From Arenicellales bacterium (GTDB taxonomy: Bacteria; Pseudomonadota; Gammaproteobacteria; Arenicellales; JAJDZL01): 64,000 nt of DNA. The translations under genes were made by a program, and so were the position numbers. Location of the stretch: NCBI GenBank assembly GCA_965220725.1, contig OZ244840.1, positions 1,408,548 to 1,472,547 of the forward strand, read 5' to 3'. The notes below the pieces were generated by a model. The model did no database searches, was not told the DNA's origin, and saw only the letters and a list, made by a program, of their open reading frames with translations. Shown piece by piece: positions 1 to 11,200 of the stretch. The number at the start of each line of letters is the position of its first letter. The stretch's first letter is position 1.

Positions 1-8
1 GGTGTAAA

Positions 9-734
9 TCAATTTCGCATTTCGATGGTCATGATCGCAACCGGCCCGTTCCAGCCATGGATATCGGGATTCAGGGCGGAGCCCTCAGCACCGGATATGC
101 CTGGATGCCGGTTGACCTTGCCCTCAGCCTTCGCTGATGCGATTCCCGGTGCGTTCCTGTCGGCTAGGCCGCCAGGGTCGGCGGGGATGCCGGGTGTGTT
201 CGGTTGTGCGCCACCGGTGATCTGTTCATTGTTCGCTTCGGTACCTGCGTCAATGGCATACAGTTCCTGTGAGCCTTCCCGAATCAGCATGTCATTGGCG
301 GCGATGAAACCGTCATTTGTGGGCAGGATCTTGGCGATCAGGGAGAGTCTGGTATGGTTGCGGTTGATTGTGAAAGTCGTTGACTCGCCCGGCCCCAGCA
401 AGCCGCCATGGGGGTCTTTCACAACGTGATCGGAATTTGCATCAAACATCTGTGAAATCGGTTCCAGATTGCCACCTTCCGCCACGATCTGCAATGGTTC
501 AGAGGCGGCGCTTTCAAATTCGAACATCCTGCCTTGTTCATCACCGTGACCGACTGCAAGTATCGGGGTCAGGTACATGCCGGGGGTGATGTTGGTTATC
601 GTCACTTCGATGGAATCCGAATTGCCATTCCTATCCCAGAATTTCATCTTGTCGTAGGTGCTTTTCACTGTTTGGCAACCGACAAGAGACGTGCTCATCA
701 GTATTGCCAGAGCCAACGCAATCCCTCTCATCAT
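9..734 (-). CDS. Lipoprotein with spondin_N-like domain
   Basis: 241-aa ORF. The N-terminal signal peptide ends in the lipobox LVGC. The body (ITPGMYLTPILAVGHG..., LLGPGESTTF, LPTNDGF) matches my recollection of bacterial spondin_N domain proteins. Not searched. Confidence 0.7.
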   Translation of the reverse strand: MMRGIALALAILMSTSLVGCQTVKSTYDKMKFWDRNGNSDSIEVTITNITPGMYLTPILAVGHGDEQGRMFEFESAASEPLQIVAEGGNLEPISQMFDANSDHVVKDPHGGLLGPGESTTFTINRNHTRLSLIAKILPTNDGFIAANDMLIREGSQELYAIDAGTEANNEQITGGAQPNTPGIPADPGGLADRNAPGIASAKAEGKVNRHPGISGAEGSALNPDIHGWNGPVAIMTIEMRN

Positions 735-2241
735 CCGCTCCTGAATCCAGTCCTCAATCGCAACCCCCGTTGGATTACCGGTGCGCTGTCAATCGAATGT
801 ATCTTGTAGTCTTGAAGATTACGCATAATGCGGTAAATAATAGCATGGTAGTTGGTGTAATTCTCAATTTCGTGACTTCCTGACATCGAGAATTTGGTAC
901 TCAATGGAACAGCATCCTGCAACAGTTGAATCCCTCATGGTGTGCTGGTTGCGAAAGGTGAAAGGTTACGGTTTGCAACTCATACCCTGTGCTTTTGTTG
1001 ACAGAATTCTCCTGTTGGTTTTCAGTGTGAATGCGGCCTTTTCAGTTCGCATTGAAAATCATAAATTCCCAGTATTCTGTCAGCGTGTCATTGCCGGGTA
1101 AAACTGTACTTGGAAAACGCATAAAGTGCCAGTATCAGCTTTATCCGCGGAAGAGTAGTTGCGGGCATTACCATGCTGCCAGGATCAATCGCGATTCCAG
1201 TATAAATTGCTGTGTTGGTTTTTTCAAAATTCGATGCCAATGCCGACTTTTCAGTTGAAGTGAATGTGTTAAAATGCGATAGTCTTTTCAGTGAATTCTT
1301 TTCTTGGAAATGTTCCCGGTCAGATTCATTGAAATGACAAGGTTTTTCAATAATACGAATATCTCAAACCGACAATTCAGTATTTCTCGGCATTCGGATC
1401 AATCAATATTTTTGAGAGTCTTTTCTCGCGGCATTGGATGCCGGATTGAAGAGAGTAGAGTTAGGATTCATCCCATCACCACTAAATTAAGGGAATACAA
1501 AAAAAATCATGCATCACCGAATTGAACTTCCAGTTAATCCTGTAACCGTTTGCACACGGTAACTTGCCCTTGATCCTTTGCATATGGTTGGGTTGATCAT
1601 TTAGTTAATTTCCCAATTGTTTCGAAATTCCGACGGAATAATTGAAATGAAACCGCAATATAGGGACTACATTGACCGGAACTGTAGACTTGGTATGGAA
1701 TATTGCCAAGGGCTGAAAGGGGGCGTTACCCGATCGGGTAACGGATGCAACTGCCTATCGTTCAAGCATGATCAGGTCGGGTTAATGAAATTCCGTGTAT
1801 TTCCGCGATGTGTCGGCTTTCGCCGCCAAGTGTCACTGGAGGTTGGTAACAGTTCTGGTTGCCAAATGGTGTTGCCGCTGAAGTGGTTTGACGCGATTTG
1901 CTTGAGCAGCAGCGAAGGTGGCGGTGTTTCTTTACTGTTTGAGACTATTGGTGCCAAGTGGGATGCCATCCATTGCAGGGCCACCAAACTGCGGAAGCAG
2001 ATTATTAGGCGCGAACGAAGACAATTTCATGCCGGACTGTCGGTTGTTGATCTATTCAGATTGCCGGGCATGCGGCTGCGAACACTGTTCCGACACAGGA
2101 AACTGAGTCAATTCACAGTAAAGGCCAGCTATATCACTCAGAAGTCCAATACCGAATGCAAGATGTCATCTCTTTACCTTAAATATTGTTTTCGGCATCC
2201 TCTCATATGCAAGGCCAAGCGTCATCAGTTGGGGTGATTCG

Positions 2242-5200
2242 TTGATTTTCAAATCGAAAATACTGCGATTATTCGCATTCATCGGGTGCTTGCTGTGTGT
2301 TTCGGTTACTGCGTATCCCACAGCGGTATCGGGAAATGTACTGAAGTACACCTTCTCTGATGATGGTACGACCGTGACCATCACTGCCACGGGCAGGCTG
2401 GATGTCACGGATTTCGATATTGTTGCTCTGGATTCCATCCCGTCGGATTTTGAAAGAATCAGGATCGCCGACACACAGATCTGGGGGATTTTTCCGCCGT
2501 CACTGCAGCCCGAGCCCGAGACCCCGATCAGTCGCTACAGAGTACGTCCTGATTTTGTGACTACCGGCAGGGATTCGTACGATGGTACACCCGAGTTGGA
2601 CGGGTTGAGCAACTACGCCTACGATTCCAATTACCATATTCAGTTCAGCACCTGGTCAGAGCGGTTGGAGTTGGACAGCGACCATCTGACGGGGAACATC
2701 TACCAGATTTCGGACGGAGTGACGACGTTCACGGGAAGGTTGTATGACACCGATACCACAATCAAACAACTCGGAGACAATGATTTCCATATCGAGAATG
2801 CGATTGGCAGTCAGAAGATCATTTTCACAACCCGGACCAGCCTGACCCCGAGTTTCGGCACCGCGACGGTGGCTGATCAGAGTTACACGCAAGGCCGGGC
2901 CATCAGTGACCTCCAGTTGCCGGCGGCGAGCGGTGGCGATGGCACGCTGAGCTATTCGGTTATTCCGGCATTGCCGGCAGGGTTGTCGTTTGATGCAACG
3001 AGTCGCAAGATTACAGGCACACCGACTGCCGCACAGGCGGCGACCGAGTACACCTATTCCGTGATTGATACCGACGGCGACATCGCGTTGCTGAAGTTCA
3101 TGATCACGGTGGTGCAACAGCCGCACACGCTGAAGTACACCTTCTCTGATGACGGCACGACCGTGACCATCGCTGCCACGGGCAGGCTGGATGTCACGAA
3201 TTTCACTTTTGTTCGGGATGGCGTCCCGGGGGACTATTCACGAATCAAATTCGACGACACAGGGATCTGGGGGATTCATCCGCCGTCGCAGCCCACCACC
3301 CAGGCCAGACGCTACGACGGACTTCCTGATTTTGTGACTACCGGTGAGGATACCTACGGTGGTACATCCGAGTTGGACGGGTTGAGCAACTACGCCTACG
3401 ATTCCAATTACCACATTCGGTTCAATACCTGGCTCAAGTATCTGGAGCTGGACAACGGGCGTCTGACGGGAAACATCTACCAGATTTCGGACGGAGTGAC
3501 GACGTTCACGGGAAAGTTGTATGACACTGATACCACAATCAAACAACTCGGAGACAATGACTTCCACATCGAGCATGCGATTGGCAGTCAGAAGATCATT
3601 TTCACAACCCGGACCAGTCTGACACCGAGTTTCGGCACCGCGACGGTGGCTGATCAGAGTTACATGCAGAACCAGGCGATCAGTGAGTTGCAGTTGCCGG
3701 CGGCGAGCGGTGGCGATGGCACGCTGACCTACTCGGTCATTCCGGCATTACCCACAGGGTTGTCGTTTGATGCAGCGAGCCGCAAGATAACAGGCACACC
3801 GACTGCTGCACAGGCGGCGACCGAGTACACCTATTCTGTGACTGACACCGACGGCGACATCGCGTTGCTGAAGTTCATGATCACGGTGGTGCAGCGGCCG
3901 CACACGCTGACATTCACGTTCTCTGACAATGGCACGACCTCGACCATTGCGGCCTCGGGCAGTCTGGATGTTTCGGGTTTCACTTTTGACCGGGATCTGG
4001 AACAGCGGACAACTTTGAATCTCAAGATCGACGATACGGGTATCTGGGTGATTCATCCACAGCACCAGAACATCATCAATGTTTCGAAGAGTCGCTATAA
4101 GGATCTTCCGGCCTTTGTGACCACCGGCGGGGATACCTATACGGGCAGTACTGAAGTCCAGAATCTCAGCAACTATACCCAGCATGACTTCGCCATCAGG
4201 TTCAGTCCTTCGGGTAGGTATCTGGAAATCGACAAGGCGAACCTGACCGGTGGTATCTACGATCTTACGGGCGAATCGGCGACGTTCACGGGTACGTTGC
4301 TGAGTACCCTCAAAGACAATGACTTTCACATCGAGCATGCGATTGGGATTCACAAGATCATTTTCACGACGCCGGTTTATTTCGGCAATGCGACGATTGG
4401 CAATAAGACATACACCAAGGGTAAGGCGATCAGTGATTTTGAGCTGCCTCAGGCGCGCAGCAGCGACGATCAGACGGTATCTTATTCGATCAGCCCGGAT
4501 TTGCCTGCCGGGTTGTCATTCAATGCTGCGAGCCGCAAGTTGACGGGCACCCCGACTGTGGTGCAGGCAGCCACCGAGTACACCTACACAGCGATGGATT
4601 CGGACGGCGACACTGCGACGCTGACGTTCGAGATCACGGTGTTGCAGCCGCGTACGTTGAGGTTCACCTTCTCCGATGACGGCACAACCACGACGATTGC
4701 CGCTGCGGGCAGCCTGGATGTTTCGGGCTTCAAAATCGATAAGGAGGATACGCAGCCGGCTGACGATGATTATCTCAAAATAGCCGATACCGACCGCTGG
4801 GCGATTTATCCGCCGATTACCAACTACAATGTTCCGCTGAGGCGCTATAAGGATCTTCCGAACTTCGCGACCACCGGCAGGAGCAGCTATACAGGCCATG
4901 ATGAAGCCCGTAGTATGCCAAACTACTCCAACGAGTTTACCATCCGATTCCACACCCATCTCAAGTGGATGGAAGTTGACAAGGCGAGCCTGACTGGAGA
5001 TATCTACAATCCCTCGGGCAAGAAGGTGACATTCACCGGCACGTTGCTGAACACTCTCGATGACAATGACTTCCACATCGAGTTTGCGATCGGTCACCAG
5101 AAGATCATCTACACGACGAGGCCCAACAATACGCCGGACTTTGGTGTTGCGACAGTTGCCGATCAGGCTTACGTGAAAGATGAGGCGATCAGCGAACTCC

Positions 5201-8200
5201 TGCTGCCGGCGGCGACCGGTGGTGATGGCACGCTGAGCTATTCGATAAGCCCGGCCCTGCCCGCAGGACTGTCGTTTGATGATGTGAGCCGCAAGTTGAC
5301 AGGCACACCGACAACAGATCAGGCGGCGACTGAGTACACCTACACTGCGAGCGATGACGAGGAGGACACTGCGACACTGACGTTCAAGATTTCGGTGGTG
5401 CCGGTACCGGACAAGCCGTCTGGTTTCAGTGCGGTTGGAAACAACGGACAGGTGAGCCTGCGCTGGGTCAATCCGCGCAACAGCCTGATCACGAAATACC
5501 AGTACCGGCAACGAGTCGGCAGCGGGAATTTTGGTGCCTGGGAGGACATGTCGGACAGTGATGCGAATACCACCAGTCACACGGTGACCGGACTGACCAA
5601 CGGCACCGGCTACAGTTTCAGGATCCGGGCGGTGATTTCCCAGGTCAACGGAGTCGAGTCGGATGTGGTCACCGCAACACCCCAATTGATGCAGCCGGCA
5701 AAACCGACGCGGTTGTATGCATCCGTGCCGGCGACAGGTTCGGTTGACTTGCACTGGGTTGCGGTTGATGCGAGTGCGACCAGTTGGGAATACCGTAAAC
5801 GGTTCGAGGTCAGGCGAGGAACCGACGGGACACTGGTACGGCAGGATGACTATGAGAACTGGACTGCGGTGACCAACAGCACTTCAACCACCCGTATGGT
5901 TCAGGTCACCGGGTTGGAGACCGGTGTCAATCTGGGAAGCGGTGAGGAAGGCTGGTATCGGTTCCAGGTCCGTGGAAAGAATTCACAGGGGGTGGGATCG
6001 GCGTCCGATGAGGTTCAGGCGCGGCCGGTCATTGAGACGGATCTTTTCGGACCGGGTTATTCTGAACAACCCCAACGCTTCACGATTATTTCCGGACAGC
6101 ATACCACCTACATCCATCCGTCAATCATTAACCTGCATACGACGGAAGCCAATCCTAGTATGACTATCAGGGTGGAACCCGTAACCATCACACATACGTT
6201 CAAACCACAGGTTGACGGATGGATACCTAGTCATAGTGCGGACCTTCATCGCCAGGCACACACGTTCTCGGGTACACACAACGGTGCCACGACGAATCCG
6301 CTGGCTGGAACGGCGTCAGTCCGTGCGGGTGGGTTTCAAAGAGGTTCAGTGAATTTTTATTTCAGCTGGCTTGTGCCTCCTGATGCACCGACTTCAGTGT
6401 CTGTGGCAGCCGCCGGCAGTGGCCGTGCATTGCTGAGCTGGGGTGATTTACCCTCAACAACGCACGAGCCGATACGCAATGCGATCAGTTACTGGGAATA
6501 CCGCTCCAAGGAATCGACAGCCACAGACTATACGGCTGACTGGAAACGGGTGGCTGGCAGCTCCGGGGCAACCCGCAGTCATCTTGTCACCGGTCTCGAC
6601 GACAGCAAGTCCTATGATTTCGCAGTGCGGGCGGTGATCGACGCGGCCCGCGTCGACAACCTGATCCGACCGGACGACCCGACCGCGGACATCGTCTTGG
6701 AAGGCTCGGCGGCAACCACCAGTGAGTCGTTCACTCCGGGTGAAGGGGTGGCGGCCGTGTTGGTCAATATCCCGTCGCTTGCGGTGACAGAGGGTGCTTC
6801 GGTGACCTACACGGTGTCGCTGGGCAAGCAGCCGACTGCGGATGTGACGATCACACCTTCAAGCAGTGTCGCTGCACTTGCGAGTGTGTCTCCGTCCAGT
6901 CTGACCTTCACATCGTCCAACTGGGCGACCTCACAGACGGTGACGGTCACCGGTGTGGTGGACGATGATGGTGTGGGTGGAACAGCGACTGTGACGCACA
7001 GTTTGAGCAGCACGGATACGGATTATGCGGGACTGGCTGCTTTGGCATTGCCGAGTGTCTCGGTCACGGTGAGCGATGATGACACTCCCGATCTGACGCT
7101 GTCGGTGACCAGTCTTACCGGTCTGGATGAGGCAGGAACGCAGTCAAGGACTTACACGGTCAAACCGACGACCGCGCCGGCTTCGACGTTGACCGTGACG
7201 CCGCTGGCAGGGAGTTCGTCTGTGACACTGTCACCGGCCAGTCTGAGTTTTGATTCCAGCAACTGGGAGACGGCGCAGACAGTCACGGTGACCGGTGCAC
7301 AGGACGATGATGCAGTTGCAAATGATGTGCTGATCACGCATGGACTCAGCGGTCCGGCGGAATACAGTTCGTTGGATGGCACTGCGTATCAGGTGACAGC
7401 GGCGGTAAGTGATGATGACACGGCCGGTATTACAGCGCCGTTACCCGCCAGATTCAATCTGCGCGAAGGCAGCAGTTATGGGTATTCGGTTAAGTTGCAG
7501 ACCAAACCATCGGCAGCGGTGACACTGTCGGTCGGCAGCAGCAACACCAATGCGGTGACTGGCGGTTCAGTGACCTTCACACCAGGCAACTGGTCAACAC
7601 CGCAGACATTGACGATCACCGCGGTGGATGATGCGACTGCCACATCAGCGGTGCTGACGCGCAGTCTCAGCGGTGCGGCCGAGTATGCGGCATTGACGCT
7701 GTCATCGGTAACGGTGGACGTGATCGACAATGACAGCCCCGGACTGGTGGTGTTCACCAATACCCTGGCGATGATCGAGGCAGGTGATGATGCCAGCTAT
7801 ACCGTTTCACTGGCGACCCAGCCGACAGCCGACGTGACACTGACGGTGACCAGTGGCGATTCAACGCTTGCGCAGGTGTCGTCCGACACCGGATCCACCA
7901 AAACCTTCTCCGGCAGCGCTGATCTGACGTTCACGAATTCGAATTGGTCGAGCGCACAGACAGTGACGGTACGCAGTCCTGTTGATGAAAACTCAACCGA
8001 TGACAGCGTGACGCTGACCCACACCGCGGTGTCAACGGATTCAGATTACAACGCAGCAGACTTCAGTGCAGCGAATGTAACGGTGAGCATTACAGATGTG
8101 CCGGCACCAGCCAAACCCACGGATTTCAAGGCGAAACCGGGTAACACCGAGGTGACGCTGAGCTGGTCTGATCCATCCAACGACACCATCACGAAATACC

Positions 8201-11200
8201 AGGTGCGACACAAGGCTGGCTCGTCGTTTGATGACACCGCCACAGATGACGCCCTGTGGACAGACATTACAGGAAGCAACGCTGATACCACCGCGTATAA
8301 GTTGACCGGTCTCACCAATGGCACGCAGTACGTGTTTCAGATTCGGGCGGTGAATGCTGGTGGAAGTGGAATCGCGTCAGATGCATTGACCACGGCACCT
8401 CAGACACCTCCGCCTGCACCAACCGACTTTGCAGCGAAGGCGGGTGATGCGAAGGTGACGCTGACGTGGTCTGATCCATCCGACAGCAGCATCACGAAAT
8501 ACCAGGTGCGCCACAAGCAAGGCGAGTCGTTTGACAATACCACTGCCGATGATGACCTGTGGGCTGACATTCCGGAAAGTGATAGTGAGACCACAGAGCA
8601 CATCGTGATGAATTTGGACAACGATACGAAGTATGTGTTCCAGATTCGGGCGGTGAGGTCCGGCGTTGCGGGTGCTGAAACCGCAGCTGCGACGGCAACA
8701 CCAATTGCGGTACCGAAGAAGCCGTCTGGCCTCAGCACCATTGTGAATAGCATGCAGGTGAAACTGATCTGGAACCACCCGCAGGACAGTAGCATAACAA
8801 AATATCAGTACAAGCGCAGATTAGGCAATGGTCCATATTCTGTGGAGTGGGTTGACATGACGGGCAGCAATGCGCAGACCACTGAGTATCTGTTTACCGG
8901 ACTGCCCAATTACAATCGTTTCAGTTTCAAGATCCGGGCAGTCAATGCCAGTGGAGGTGGAGCCGAGTCCGATGTAGTGACTGCGCAACCCGAGATATTA
9001 CAGCCGGCAAAGCCGAAGCGATTGCACGCAGTCGTTCCGGTGACCGGGACTGTCGATTTGCACTGGGTTACCGTTGATGCGAGCTCGACCAGTTGGGAGT
9101 ATCGAAAACGGTTCGAGGTGCGACGTAGCAACGGGACACTGGTACGGCAGGAAGATTACGGGAACTGGACTGCGGTGACTGACAGCACCGTGACTACACG
9201 TTCGGCTCAGATAACCGGGTTGGAAACTGGAGCCAATCTGGGCTCCGACGAGCAGGGCTGGTATCGATTCCAGGTTCGTGGAAGGAATTCACTGGGGATG
9301 GGTCCGGCTTCCGATGAGGTTGAGGTGCGACCGGTTCAGATCGACGAGACTATACTTCAGGGGCCTGGCAATACCACACAAACCCAAAAATTCACGATAG
9401 TATCCGGGCAGTACACCACCTACACCTATCCTTCAATTATCAACCCGAATACAACGACGTCTGGTGCCAGAGTAACCATGCTGGTAAGAAACAAGCCCTC
9501 TGCCGTCAAAGAGACCTTTGAGCCACAGGCAACTGAATGGATGTTGGGTCAGAGTAAGGAAATTCTTCGCCAGGTACACACATTCTGCTGCACGCATCAC
9601 GGTGACACAGCAAACCCGCTGGAAGTGCAGGGATCGCTCCGTTTGGGTCAGCAATTGGGAAATAGCGTGAGTTTTGAATTCAGCTGGCTTGCACCTCCTG
9701 ATGCACCGACTTCACTGTCTGCGGCGGCCGCTGGCAGTGGACGTGCGTTGCTGAGCTGGGGCGATTCAGCCTCAGCGCATGAGCCGATACGCAATGCGAT
9801 CAGTTACTGGGAATACCGCTCCAAGGAGTCGACAGCCACAGACTATACGGCCGACTGGAAACAGGTACCCGGCAGTACCCGAACAACCCGCAGTCATCTT
9901 GTCACCGGTTTGCTCGACAGCAAGTCCTATGATTTCTCGGTGCGGGCGGTAATCGATGCGGCCCGCATCGACAACCTGATCCGACCGGACGATCCGACTG
10001 CGGACCTCGTACTGGAAGGTGCGGCGGCAACCACCAGCGCATCGTTCACTCCGGGTACAGGTGCGGCGGCGGTGTTTGCCACGCCCTCGACACTTGCCGT
10101 GACCGAGGGCAGCACTACGACCTACACGGTGTCGCTGGGCAAGCAGCCGAGTGCAAATGTGACGATCACGCCTTCAAGCAGTGCCGCAGCGCTGGCGAGT
10201 GTGTCTCCGTCCAGTCTGACTTTCACAGCGTCCAACTGGGCGACATCACAGACGGTGACGGTCACCGGTGTGACGGACGATGATGGTGTCGGTGGAACAG
10301 CGACCGTGACGCACAGTTTGAGCAGCACTGATACGGATTATGCGGGATTGGCTGCTTCGGCATTGCCGAGTGTCTCGGTGACAGTAACCGATGACGATAC
10401 TCCCAGTCTGACGCTTTTGCCAACCAGTCTTACCGGTCTGGATGAGGCGGGAACGCAGTCAAAGACATACACGGTCAAACCGACAACCGCGCCGGCTTCG
10501 ACGTTGACCGTGACACCGCTGGCAGGGAGTTCGTCTGTCACGCTGTCACCGGCCAATCTGAGTTTTGATTCCACCAACTGGCAGACGGCGCAGACAGTCA
10601 CGGTGACCGGTGCACAGGACGATGATGCAGTTGCAAATGATGTGCTGATTACGCATGGACTCAGTGGTCCGGCGGAATATGGCTCGTTGGACGGTACTGC
10701 ATATCAGGTAACAGCGGCGGTAAGTGATGATGACACGCCCGGAATTGCAGCGCCGTTACCCACCAGCTTCAATCTACGCGAAGGGAGCGAATATGAATAT
10801 TCGGTTGTTTTGCAGACCCGACCATCGGCAGCGGTGACACTGTCGGTCAGCAGCGACAGCAATGCGGTGACTGCCAATTCGGTGACCTTCACACCGAGCA
10901 ACTGGGCAACACCACAGACGTTGACGATCACCGCAGTGGATGATGCGACTTCCACAGAAGCGGAGCTGACGCCCAGTTTCACCGGTGCGGCCGAGTATGC
11001 GGCGCTGACGCTGTCATCGGTAACTGTGAATGTGATCGACAATGACAGCGCCGGCCTGGTGGTGCTCACGAATGCTTTGGCGATGAGCGAAGCGGGTGAT
11101 GATGCCAGCTATACCGTTGCGCTCGCAACCCAGCCGACAGCCAATGTGACCCTAACCGTGACCAGTGGCGATTCGACGCTGGCGCAGGTGTCGGCCGATA

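Noticed and set aside
1617-2237. 206-aa ORF and other 60-100-aa ORFs in the 735-2241 spacer (and similar ORFs in 15787-17367 and 31975-32772)
   Set aside because: They are Cys/Arg/Phe-rich, have no recognisable motifs, overlap one another in different frames and lie in AT-rich DNA. I could not support any of them as a gene.
4516-5754. 412-aa antisense ORFs opposite the adhesin N-terminal regions (4516..5754 and 19621..20859), plus the 156-201-aa ones nearby
   Set aside because: Same reasoning as for the FN3-array antisense ORFs. Composition is not protein-like and no start context is evident. Their only use is to show nucleotide identity between the paralogs.
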